Positions 51,305 to 63,119 of a DNA stretch of 64,000 nucleotides are shown in pieces. The position numbers and the translations under genes were made by a program. Location: assembly GCF_001194135.2 (NCBI RefSeq), contig NC_069004.1, forward strand, positions 34,191,553 through 34,255,552, read 5' to 3'. Every line of letters begins with the position of its first letter. The first letter of the stretch is position 1. This stretch comes from Octopus bimaculoides (lineage: Eukaryota). The notes below the pieces were generated by a model, which did not search any database, was not told the DNA's origin, and saw nothing but the letters and a program-made list of their open reading frames with translations.

Positions 51305-52239
51305 NNNNNNNNNNNNNNNNNNNNNNNNNNNNNNNNNNNNNNNNNNNNNNNNNNNNNNNNNNNNNNNNNNNNNNNNNNNNNNNNNNNNNNNNNNNNNNNN
51401 NNNNNNNNNNNNNNNNNNNNNNNNNNNNNNNNNNNNNNNNNNNNNNNNNNNNNNNNNNNNNNNNNNNNNNNNNNNNNNNNNNNNNNNNNNNNNNNNNNNN
51501 NNNNNNNNNNNNNNNNNNNNNNNNNNNNNNNNNNNNNNNNNNNNNNNNNNNNNNNNNNNNNNNNNNNNNNNNNNNNNNNNNNNNNNNNNNNNNNNNNNNN
51601 NNNNNNNNNNNNNNNNNNNNNNNNNNNNNNNNNNNNNNNNNNNNNNNNNNNNNNNNNNNNNNNNNNNNNNNNNNNNNNNNNNNNNNNNNNNNNNNNNNNN
51701 NNNNNNNNNNNNNNNNNNNNNNNNNNNNNNNNNNNNNNNNNNNNNNNNNNNNNNNNNNNNNNNNNNNNNNNNNNNNNNNNNNNNNNNNNNNNNNNNNNNN
51801 NNNNNNNNNNNNNNNNNNNNNNNNNNNNNNNNNNNNNNNNNNNNNNNNNNNNNNNNNNNNNNNNNNNNNNNNNNNNNNNNNNNNNNNNNNNNNNNNNNNN
51901 NNNNNNNNNNNNNNNNNNNNNNNNNNNNNNNNNNNNNNNNNNNNNNNNNNNNNNNNNNNNNNNNNNNNNNNNNNNNNNNNNNNNNNNNNNNNNNNNNNNN
52001 NNNNNNNNNNNNNNNNNNNNNNNNNNNNNNNNNNNNNNNNNNNNNNNNNNNNNNNNNNNNNNNNNNNNNNNNNNNNNNNNNNNNNNNNNNNNNNNNNNNN
52101 NNNNNNNNNNNNNNNNNNNNNNNNNNNNNNNNNNNNNNNNNNNNNNNNNNNNNNNNNNNNNNNNNNNNNNNNNNNNNNNNNNNNNNNNNNNNNNNNNNNN
52201 NNNNNNNNNNNNNNNNNNNNNNNNNNNNNNNNNNNNNNN
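51305..52239. other. Assembly gap (N run) inside the FAS1 gene
   Basis: Run of N; further gaps at 53558-53751 and 54649-54821. Confidence 0.99.
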
Positions 52240-52283
<44 letters not shown>

Positions 52284-52315
52284 CGAAGTGTACAGTGTTA
52301 TAAATCCCTTATGGC

Positions 52316-52481
52316 CGATCTTACCAATGAGTTTCGCACTAGAGTTTTCAGCGGGATGTTGGACAACAGCCCTATTATGTAACTCTGCGCTCTTAAGAGC
52401 TGAGGGTTACCCTTGTCAATCGGTTTCGAACTACGAGTTCAATGGGGTATTAAGTAACAGCCTCATTATGTTACCCTGCTC
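52316..52481 (-). repeat. Diverged 92-nt tandem repeat with hammerhead-like relics
   Basis: cataatgaggctgtt..gttcGAAAccgattgac versus cataatagggctgtt..gtgcGAAActcattggta; GAAA positions are 92 nt apart. Confidence 0.6.
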
Positions 52482-52667
52482 TATTAAGCGCTAGCAGTTA
52501 CATGGTACATAATGTGTGTGTGAATTGTCCCTCAAGTTAGAGAGACAGCACACTCTAAAAACATTTTAAGCAGTTATACTTATGTAGTCGAGTGGAAGCG
52601 AAACCAACAGTAGCTTTCCGATCGGTTATATGCCATAACCAAGATTGCACTTCCACCGCTGCATAAA

Positions 52668-52710
<43 letters not shown>

Positions 52711-52948
52711 TATAAAAGATAGATGTGTGTGTAGATGTATTAAATATCCGTATTGACTACCAAACCAATCCTATCGCTCGTACCTCGGTTCTAATATTAA
52801 AAATAGTTTTAGAATGAAGAAAATGTTCTCGTCTTTTATGTATCAACTATTAGTTTCTACTAATTGAGAAAACACATGCATCTCAGGTGCACACTTGCAC
52901 AAAATCTGATGCATATGCAATATATATATGCATACAAGCATGTGTATG

Positions 52949-52993
<45 letters not shown>

Positions 52994-53409
52994 GCGTGAA
53001 TACGAACCTACATGCGTACGTATACAATTATATCTACACATACCAGTGTGCAATATGTATACAGTTATTTGTGTATGTATGTATGTAATACATATGCACA
53101 CACAAACACCCGTTCTTGCCAAGTCTTCTATTTCTAATCCCTCCAGCATTTTCAGACCACTTTATTAATGAAACCCACTCAACTAACCTCATAGAAACGG
53201 AATGGTTGCCTTTGCAATGACCCCAGAACAGCACTTGATGTTGAAATGCATAAATCAAGGAGACTAGCAGCTGGAGCGGTAACCAGAAACTGTTGACCTC
53301 GACTGTCTTCGTCCACCCTCGGTGCTTCTGGAGTGGCAAACTGTTGAATAGCGCAACCATCGACGATGTGTATGCGTGTATGTATGTATGCAATTTTTAT
53401 ATATGTCTA

Positions 53410-53466
<57 letters not shown>

Positions 53467-53752
53467 ATACACTTACTCCAACATGTATCTCTAGGAATGT
53501 ATGTACACACATATATACACACAGATGTTTAAGCATGTATGCATCTGCTTGTAAATGNNNNNNNNNNNNNNNNNNNNNNNNNNNNNNNNNNNNNNNNNNN
53601 NNNNNNNNNNNNNNNNNNNNNNNNNNNNNNNNNNNNNNNNNNNNNNNNNNNNNNNNNNNNNNNNNNNNNNNNNNNNNNNNNNNNNNNNNNNNNNNNNNNN
53701 NNNNNNNNNNNNNNNNNNNNNNNNNNNNNNNNNNNNNNNNNNNNNNNNNNNN

Positions 53753-53802
<50 letters not shown>

Positions 53803-54438
53803 CATGTGTGTGTGTAGGTTCCGTCTTATTTCCGCACTCCCTTGTTGCCTCGGTACATTTTTGAATACACCAACCACATGATACGTATATATATATATGT
53901 CTTTGCGCACTGTATGCAGAATCTCAGAACAATCTGAATGTTTAGAAATTGTAGGACAGTATGGTGAAGGTTTGTTTGTATCCGTCACCATGAAATCCCA
54001 GGTTCAATCCCGCTGCGCAGCATTTTTGTGCATTTGTCATTCCAAAATATTCAAGATGACGCAACTTATAAACAGCATTTTCTAGAAATGCATAGAGGAC
54101 AACCGAATCTGTCTGACAGTTAAGGCTTCATGTCTTTGGGATACTCAGCCACTAACTCGTTAATTCAATGAGCATTTGACTCCTCATAATCTTTCGACAA
54201 TGTTAAGCACTTGGAGTTGTTGGCTTTCACGGAGACTGTCCGCGTTCGATTCCCAGCATGCTAACGCTACCTAGAGGAGCAGGCATGCCTGCGGGATAAG
54301 ACGTTTTCTTCCCAACCATGCAGCCTTGAGTTCAGTCCCACTGCATTACGCCTGGGAAAAATACTTTCTGCAGTATCCCCGAGCTGACGAAGATTTCATG
54401 AGGTTACGTAGACGGAAACTGAAAGAAGCTCCTCATGT

Positions 54439-54472
<34 letters not shown>

Positions 54473-54505
54473 CTTTATTTAAAAGCAGCAGAAATATAAC
54501 AAAAG

Positions 54506-54545
54506 ACTGTTACTCTGAGTTTCACGTTCTCGTTCATCGGACAGT
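54506..54545 (-). ncRNA. Minimal type I hammerhead motif (CCGAUGA core variant), left arm of fold-back
   Basis: Reverse complement reads actgt-CCGATGA-acg(agaa)cgt-GAAA-ctcagag-TA-acagt. Confidence 0.7.
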
Positions 54546-54576
54546 TTTGTTAGAAACTGTTAGTTTTTCTAACAAA

Positions 54577-54616
54577 ACTGTCCGATGAACGGGAACGTGA
54601 AACTCAGAGTAACAGT
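54577..54616 (+). ncRNA. Minimal type I hammerhead motif (CCGAUGA core variant), right arm of fold-back
   Basis: actgt-CCGATGA-acg(ggaa)cgt-GAAA-ctcagag-TA-acagt. Helix III ACTC-A-GAGT is palindromic; core position 4 is C rather than U. Confidence 0.7.
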
Positions 54617-56859
54617 CTTTTGTTATATTTCCGCTGCCTTTAAATAAANNNNNNNNNNNNNNNNNNNNNNNNNNNNNNNNNNNNNNNNNNNNNNNNNNNN
54701 NNNNNNNNNNNNNNNNNNNNNNNNNNNNNNNNNNNNNNNNNNNNNNNNNNNNNNNNNNNNNNNNNNNNNNNNNNNNNNNNNNNNNNNNNNNNNNNNNNNN
54801 NNNNNNNNNNNNNNNNNNNNNTATATATTTGCGTGTGTGTGACATTATGTTTTCCGCCTACTGCTCAACAAACGGTGTTGGGGTTTTTTTCGCAAAAGAT
54901 CCGATAGAATAAGTACCAGACTGAAAGAATACGCACTTGGGCCGATTTGTTAAACTAAACCCTTCAAAGCAATGCCCCAGAACGGCCACAGGTCAATGGC
55001 TGAAACAAGTAATATATATATCAACACAAAAGCATGCGCTGCTCCAATGGCGAATACACTGATCGAAAGCTCTGACTTGAAAGCCACAGAAGCCGATCAG
55101 CTGGCCAGACAAGCACAGTATCCGTGTCTGCGCAATTTTATGATAATGAATTCACAAAGTAAAAAATAAAATAAATTAAACAAGTATTTATTTATTTATG
55201 ACTAACGGACCTCTCAGAAAATAATATTTACCATAATATTTAGTTAATGCTCAATATTTGCATATTTCTTATGTGGCTGAATTTCGTATCTGAGAACGAT
55301 TATCTATTTCATATACGAAACGATGTGGGACAGTTTTATGATAAATAATAGCAGTTTCTAGAATATAGACATACTGACATAATTATTGCTGCACACTTTA
55401 GTGCAGTTCTTCAAATAAACATTGATTGAAAGTTATTTTATTGCTAATTAAAACCGTAGATACGATACAGTTAATTTTAAAACTTTAGCTCATAAATATT
55501 TCATGAATTTAAATTAAAATTTTAATTATGCTTAAGAGGTATATTTTATTGATTATAAAACCATGATTAAATTTTAACATTCTTTCAGATTTTTCTGTAA
55601 ATTCTGTTCATTATCTGAAGTAAATAAATTGGTAATGAGATCTGAATCTTTGAACACGAATTCTTTGGAATCTTGGCTGACGCTTTCCACAGCAAATTTA
55701 CTATTGCGTTTATTATATTTGAGATTCCACATGTTGTAATGGTAACTCCTGCTTTTCGCTCATTGGACTGCAGTCATTCTGAGCACCGTTTTGATGGGCT
55801 GAAGTCGAAGAAATCGGCTCCCGGTACCTACGTTTTTCGTTTTTCATGTTTGTCTGGTACCTAAGTTCTGAACTTTGGATAGCACACCATATGGCATTTC
55901 ATACGAAACTCAGCTTAGAGATTCGGATCAAATGTCATGTGGTATTTTATCCAAAACTTCTACGAATATCCCAACACTAGTCTCCAATGTAAACAATAAA
56001 TCACTGACTACTACACAATTAATATATGGGATAAGCATAAATATGCGCGACATGTTCAAGTATTTTCTAGATGAATATTCATTGTTCATATAATGTGATG
56101 CATAAATTATAGCCATAAGGTAGAACATAACTAAAACATTCTCGATTATCGAGAACAACCCCGTTAGAACCATTTCTATGTTTGGTGGCCAATCTAGAAA
56201 CTCGGAAAATAGAGGCTTAATACAGAATTTTGACCGAAAATTCTTAAGAAGGACTTGTCTACAGAGTAGACTTGTACACTACAATTCAAGGTAACATGTA
56301 GCCTGTTTGTGTTCCGATCCAGATCACCCATGATTGGTTAGATCTGTAACAAATGACAATAGTCAAAGAATCTTGTTTATAATTCTGACGTAGTGTATCT
56401 AAGATTCCATTATCAAATGTCGCCTTCAGTTTTTTACACCATGGAGTGAGATTTCAAATCGATACGATTGTTATTTTTTGTAGGTCAAGCGACCGTTTTT
56501 TTCCTTTTTATATGAATTCAATAACTTTAAAGTTGCAGTATATGAACAGATGTAGGTGGAAGGTGAGATAAAATAATGAGAGAAATTAAAAATGGCAAAA
56601 AGTTTTTCAGAGGAATTTAAACGTTAAATTATTGAGTTTGGTGAAACTAGTTACCTTTTTTGTCTTTGGTTACTTCCATTCCTTCTTTTCTCATTAAGTT
56701 ACTCAATCTGTGAGTGCTGAGCTCAGACAGCGGCAATATGTGGTCCGTAATTAGATGTCGCAATATTAACTGTAATAGATAAATAGGGAAGATGCAACTT
56801 AGAGGACATAATAATGATAATAATAATAATAATGATGATTATAAATAAAATAAACATTA

Positions 56860-57040
56860 AATGACATACAGCAACATAAAAGACAAAAACGGGACGATAC
56901 AATGTGTTGTACCTCGTGTAAAGAATAAAAAACAAGTAAATTAAACAAGTAAAACTCCCAATAGGAGAGGCGCTTTAAGGTCCTCGTGGAAAAGCCCACA
57001 AAAGCCAGGGGTGCTTGATCAACAGGGCAAGAGCCCTTTT
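56860..57040 (-). mobile_element. Second copy of the 58580-58805 repeat
   Basis: Direct sequence similarity over about 170 nt. Confidence 0.55.
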
Positions 57041-57178
57041 ATTTCTCACAGATATATACTCCAGCATTCACTCTCTTCCAACAAGCTTACTAGAAGGCAA
57101 CACTTGGCGGAATTGGCTGAGGACATTGGGTAAAAAATATAATGGAAGAAAGGACAAGGAATTCCAAATCGAATTTAC

Positions 57179-57344
57179 CTTTGATCTTTCGTAAACTGGT
57201 TCTTGGAGAATCGACGTAATTTTCTCCAATGAATGGTACTTCAGAGCCATATTGCCAGGAACGAAGAACGTGAACTTTCCCTCATCGTTGAGGAATTGGT
57301 CGGAAATGTCTGTGAGAGCATCTGTAACCAGAGTTGAAATTTGA
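57179..57344 (-). CDS. Internal coding exon of the same FAS1-domain gene (H1 motif)
   Basis: Acceptor ttttctttgtctttgcag|T and donor AAG|gtaaat. 166 nt = 1 + 55 codons: QISTLVTDALTDISDQFLNDEGKFTFFVPGNMALKYHSLEKITSILQEPVYERSK. FTFFVPGNMAL matches the FAS1 H1 motif (T-x-F-x-P-x-N/D-x-A-F/L). Confidence 0.9.
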
Positions 57345-57813
57345 CTGCAAAGACAAAGAAAATGAGAGTAACTTTAATTATGCGTATATTTGATATACAT
57401 ACATATGTGCTTATAAATACGTGTGCATTATGTGTTCTGTGTGTGTGTATGTATGTATGTGTGTATATAAATGTAAATATATAGGTACCAAACATATGTA
57501 TATATGCATGGCTGTCAATGCATTTGCACAAATATATAAGCACACAAATGCATGTATACGAATGTGAATAGATATAGAATAATGTATATTTGTTTAATAC
57601 TTATTTACATATTTATTCTCATATTGTTCTTTTATATTTGTTCGTGCACAACCGTAGATAATTTCAATTAAAGACCACAAATTATACATTCACAGAACAA
57701 AAATATATTCACGCTTAAACATACTCTGGTATGCAATGGGACACAACACACACAAACATTCAAATGCACATACACTCACATACATGCAAACAGAATTAGT
57801 ATATATGAACACA

Positions 57814-57853
<40 letters not shown>

Positions 57854-58340
57854 AAAATGAAAAAAAAGCCAGAATGCTGAACTGGGAGCATAATTTAATA
57901 AAGATTTTTTCTAACCGGTTTTCATTGCGATGAAGCAAATTATCAAGAAGAAGGAGAATGAAAATGTTTTTTTACAAAGAAGTACAAAATGAAGAAAATA
58001 ATATATAAAACAATAATATATAAAAAAAAAAAATATACCCATACATTATATTAACACAACCCCACTATTTACTGACATATATATATATAATGTCTGTGTG
58101 TTGTTCTCCTCTAACATTTGTCAAACGCATTGAACTGTGTCTGTATAGATCAGTGATCAATGAAGCTAAGAATAAAAGAAGCTGAACGCTCTAAACAACC
58201 TCGTCATCATCATCACCACATCCATCATCGATTTCATCCTCATCACTTATCATTGTTATCTGTATCATCATGACCATCATAATAATCATAAAATATCATC
58301 GCCATTATCGTAATAGTAGTAATAATAATAATAATAATAA

Positions 58341-58555
58341 TCCTTGCTACTATAGACACAAGGCCTGAAATCTGGCTGAGGAGGATAGTCAATTACATCG
58401 ACCCCAGTATTTAACTGGTACTTAATTTATCGACCCCCGAAAGGATGAAAGGTGAAGTCGACCTCGGCGGAATTTGAACTCAAAACGTAGCGACGGGCGA
58501 AATACCGCAAAGCATTTCGTCCAGCGTGCTAACAATTCTACCAGCGCGCCGCCTT
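58341..58555 (-). mobile_element. SINE family B, full length and young-looking
   Basis: tccttgctactatagacacaaggcctgaaa..gtcgacctcggcggaatttgaactc..gccgcctta; (AAT)n on both sides. Confidence 0.88.
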
Positions 58556-58579
58556 AATAACAACAACAATAATAATAAT

Positions 58580-58805
58580 AATTTATTCTTTTACTGGCCA
58601 CAAGGGCTCACATATAATAACTTTAAAAGACATATAACAACATTAAAGACAAAAACAGGACGATAGAATGGGTTTTCGCGTGTACACAATATAAATAAGT
58701 TAAAAATTAAACAAATTAAACTCCCGAAAGGGGAAGCGCTTTAAGGTCCTCGTGGAAAAACCCACAAAGCCACGGGTGTCCGAAAAACAGGGCAAGAGCC
58801 TGTTG
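58580..58805 (-). mobile_element. Interspersed repeat, probable non-LTR (L1/Tx1-like) 3' UTR and tail
   Basis: Shares gcgctttaaggtcctcgtggaaaa..cccacaaagcc..cagggcaagagcc with 56860-57040; ends gagcccttgtggccagtaaaagaataa next to (ATT)n. Confidence 0.5.
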
Positions 58806-58859
58806 CATGCTCAGAATTGGTCCTTTCACACTGGCCATTCTTCCAACATTAATAATAAT

Positions 58860-59070
58860 GGTTTCAAATTTTGACAGAAGTTCAGCACTTTTTTAAGAGT
58901 GAGTAGTCAAGACGATCACATTGATCCCCGTGCCCATTTAAGACCTATTTTAACGACCTCGAAAGGACGGAAGGCAAACTCGACTTCAGCGATATTTGAA
59001 CTCAGAACGTAGAGAGCCAGACGAAATTCTGCCAAGCATTTTGACCGGTGCAGTAACGGTTCTGCCAGCT
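58860..59070 (-). mobile_element. SINE family B
   Basis: aaggcaaactcgacttcagcgatatttgaactcagaacg..gttctgccagct. Confidence 0.75.
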
Positions 59071-59082
59071 TGACTTTAAGAG

Positions 59083-59225
59083 CAGTGGCTCCCGACTTTT
59101 TCACAGTGGCTCCCGACCCTTTTATTTAAAATGTGTTTTAATATGATTATATATATATATATATTGCATTTAATTCACGGACCCCCCGTACTACTTCTGC
59201 AGGCAACCAGGGGTGGGAATCACTG
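59083..59225. mobile_element. hAT-like MITE with a duplicated left end
   Basis: cagtggctcccgac at 59083 and 59104; right end gtgggaatcactg (reverse complement cagtgattcccac). No 8-bp TSD is recognisable. Confidence 0.5.
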
Positions 59226-59817
59226 ATCTTCAGGTTATATAAAAAAAATATTTCTTTTATAATTATGAAGCATCTAGTAATGTCTGTGCACCATACATAT
59301 ACGACCGAACAACCCCCCCCCCACACACACACAGCTGAACACACGTGAATAACATTTCCCCTCCTCCTCCTCTCTTACACGCTCTCTCCTGTCTCATCAA
59401 TTCTTATATATGTATGTACGTGTGTATGTGTGTGTATACGCACAGAATGTACGGCTTTATGTATGTATTGAATATAAAAGCATGAGAGAACCTTTTTGAT
59501 GTTGATCGGTCTATTATTGTTTTATGTAAATTCGATGCAACTATTGGACCATAACAGTAAATTCCATGTCCAAGAGAAGTTCTTTGTATAAAAGAGAAAC
59601 GGGCAGAAACAGACCTGCTATTAACGAAGGATTTTGATTTTGTGTTTCTATTATATCTACATCCGGTTGAGCATGCGTAGCTTTGGGTCTACACCTATCT
59701 AAAATATTTCCCCATGTTTGAGTTAAACACACATATATATGCACACTAACAAATAGCCTTCTCTCAGCCTCTCTCGCCATATCTTACTATATATCCATTC
59801 ATCTTCGTGCGTGTGTT

Positions 59818-59856
<39 letters not shown>

Positions 59857-59917
59857 GCACACATATCCCCCTCTCTGTCCCTCTGTATCTATCTATCTAA
59901 ACATACACTTATCTCTT

Positions 59918-59977
<60 letters not shown>

Positions 59978-60931
59978 GAAATATACACACACATATCCAT
60001 TCCGCTCTCTGTTTGTATATCTATCTAATCTATCTATCTATCTATCTACACACACACGTCTATATATTTAGACGCGCACACAGTCACACACAGCTATTCT
60101 TTTATATAGCTGTCACTACATCTTTACGTAAAGGCGATATGTACATATTGAATTCAGGATATTTATCACATCTCACTCCGTGTTCAGTCATCAATTAACA
60201 TACTTGAGAAGATCAGATGTCCCCCTCTCCAGATGTCGATATTGGCAGATAAGAGACGTGAGTTAGAATAGAGCATAGAGACGGCCATAAAAACAACCCG
60301 CTGACATGTTAACAATTATTTAAGTGCGCCATTGTTGAACTTAGAAAGCAGGACATTTAAAAGATATGACCTGCCCAGGAACAACTACTGTGCATGTGTC
60401 GTAGTAGTAGTAGTAGTAGTAGTAGTTTTGCAATTGTATATAACTAAACTTTATATCATCAATGATCAGCTATAACTGTACATGTCCTAACGAATTCATA
60501 CCCACAAAACCGTACAAGGTAGACGTAGACGCACAGAAACGAAGATATTCGTTTCTCCTTTTATTGCTTTAAATCTTTCCACTCTGTTCATGATATGACA
60601 TCGCCGTCAAAGGTGTTACTTAATTATATCGATCTCCATACTTAGATTGATAATCATTTCTTGCCATCGATTTTTAGTGGTGATCGATCGGCGAATTTCA
60701 CCTGTGTTACGGCTCTTTTTTTCTTTCTCGCCCCCATTGTTGGACATGAATACCATACTGTATCTGCATCACTCAGAGAAACTCAGACGTGCAACCCCTC
60801 CCCACAACTCCACTCCCTCTTACTCACTCATGTATGTGTGTGTGGAGAGAGAGAGAGAGAGAGACAGAGAGAGAGAGAATTCATAATAGCCGTGATTAAG
60901 GATTCTGCTATGGGAACTACCTTGTGTGAGA

Positions 60932-60976
<45 letters not shown>

Positions 60977-61530
60977 TATATATATATGTGTAATTTTCCG
61001 ATCTCGTAACTGTGTTAGTCCACAATTAACAAAAACAATAATGATGAGACCAAAAGTCATTATAGACTGATTTTATTCAAGTATTTACGACGTTGCCGAT
61101 GTTGATTCAGAAAAAGCGAATCTTCACCAATCTTTCCAACTTTATAATATTACGCCAGGGAATTTATACAATAGCTACGGAATTACCCAAATTCTGAAAT
61201 CTTGTAAAGTTACACAATCAATTGAACTGATAAATCTTAGACCAAATCATTGTTCTCTGTTGAAACTTAATTAATGATCTAATGACCTAAAAATTTCTTT
61301 CAAGTAAACTTCATTACTTTTCTATTGCTACAATGGCCTTTATTTTAACCTTTTTTACCGTTTTCAGTTAAACTACTTACATATTCTCATATTCAAAACA
61401 TATTCTAGATTAGATTACATAACCGTATACATCTATTTATTAATACGTGTAACTGCATCTTTAAAAAACATTCATTTTCCTTTCTACTTTTAGTTTATTT
61501 CACTCAAATGTTACTCTACAATTATCCGTA

Positions 61531-61826
61531 TCAATTTTTCCTGTACTCACGAGCATATCGGGCAGTAAGTTGACGCCATTGGTTTCTGTCTGTTGTTGTA
61601 TTCTCGATCTCCGACCATGTGGTATTGGCCTTTCTCATGACGGTTTCGAATTTTCTACGCCATGCAGTTTTCAATCCCTCCTTTCACACAGTAATGTCAT
61701 TTAAAATGACGTCGTTCTGGTGGCCGGAATATGTGACCTGTTAGATTTAATCTCCGTTCTGTTAGGATTTGAATAAGTGCTCTTGGCTTTCTATAGAATG
61801 TGTTCATTGGTTATGTGGTTTCACCA
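61531..61826 (-). mobile_element. RTE-clade LINE 3' fragment
   Basis: W*NHITNEHIL..ILTERRLNLTGHIFR..TWSEIENTTTDRNQWRQLTARYA..* matches the RTE ORF C-terminal pattern (ITNE; RRL..GH..R; DR..WR). Confidence 0.7.
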
Positions 61827-62098
61827 TTTAATTATAGTCTAGCTTATATTCCAACACATTTGCTTTCACATTGTTTCAAATTTGATACGACGTTTCCTTT
61901 CGGTTATTTGATTAAATAATACTATTGTTTCATCATTGACAAAAATGTCTGTAAATAACATTCCACATATATACATTACTAGAATGACCTAAATGTGTCG
62001 AAAATATTGTAGCTTAAAATATATGTTTTGCTTCGTATATAAAAACAAAGATATTAAGAATCGGAAATATATGACAGATTTCATGTGATAGTCCTAAG

Positions 62099-62129
<31 letters not shown>

Positions 62130-62559
62130 TTATACGAAAAGGGAACGCTATTGTGTATTAAAAAGGTGCTGTCTTGCAGTGAATTGATATTTTGTAGTTT
62201 AAAATTTGAATAATAAAAAATATGATTAAAACTACAATTTGGTGTATTAGGATTTTTAAGAATTTTCTAGACAGAATTTTCTAGACAGCGTAGCCTTTAA
62301 TAATTACTTTCTTTTAGATGAATTTACAGACACCAAATTAATCGCGCAGCTTCCTTTATAATGGTATTCATAGTAGTTCTGCCAGTCTTTACTTGAAAGA
62401 GAATGATATGGTAACATGTACCTGGCTTTTGTTAGCCATTTTAAGTGCTTAGGTAGTCGTGGCTAGATATTCACAATTACTCAGTTCCTCCCCTTTCTTG
62501 ACGGAGCTAAACATCCAGGATGTGACAGATCGATAAACAGAGTTGTATCAGCACACTGG

Positions 62560-62700
62560 TTGTGCACGGTTACAGCTGAGTAAACTGCAGCTAGGTATAA
62601 TGAAGCAGCTTGATCGAGATCACAACACACAGCCCGGTCCGCAAATCGAACCCATGACATTGCAGTCATTAGTTGAATATCCTAACCACTTCGCACTGCA
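62560..62700 (-). mobile_element. SINE family A-like head, diverged
   Basis: cagctgagtaaactgcagc..atcgaacccatgac..cctaaccac. Confidence 0.55.
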
Positions 62701-63077
62701 TCGTTAGATACGATACCGTTTAAACGTGCACTAAATCGCTCGGCGTAGCAACACACGTTCAGTATTTTGTTAAATTTAAAATATTAATGTTTTATATATT
62801 TTTACACCGGTTTACACCCGTTAGCTAGTATAAGCTATTTTGCATACCTTATTTAAACGTGGAATATTTTCTCTATCTCTTTTACTTTTATGTTTTAGAA
62901 TTTTTAATCCATAATAATGTTGCTTTTTTTAATTATTTAAAGTTTAGCTTTGTTTCCTTCGCTGTATTCATTTTCACACATTTTCCGATAGTTTGCTTTT
63001 GTACGGTTTCTTTATGTCGTCTTTCATTAAATAATGCATTTGTTTGTCATCGTACCCTCAAATTGCTTTTACTAATT

Positions 63078-63119
<42 letters not shown>

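Larger units (their letters stand above)
54474..54648. repeat. Near-perfect inverted repeat (83-bp arms, 9-nt spacer), probable PLE pseudo-LTR fold-back
   Basis: 54474-54556 versus the reverse complement of 54566-54648 differ at 3 of 83 positions. The right end runs into an N gap. Confidence 0.95.
54274..55010 (+). mobile_element. SINE family C interrupted by the hammerhead fold-back and a gap
   Basis: Head 54274-54437 (..gttcagtcccactgc..gtagacggaaactgaaagaagc); tail 54860-55010 (ccgatagaataagtacc..ggctgaaacaagta). Confidence 0.75.

Noticed and set aside
55928-56270. About 110-codon open frame on the minus strand in the FAS1 intron as the missing exon
   Set aside because: No FAS1 similarity, no suitable donor, and it ends in a stop.
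61381-61404. 24-nt phase-compatible micro-exon for the FAS1 gene
   Set aside because: Good GTAAGT donor but no polypyrimidine tract, and the peptide is uninformative.
62805-62830. Possible Helitron 3' end (accggtttacacccgttagCTAGt)
   Set aside because: The hairpin is weak and no matching 5' TC end could be identified.
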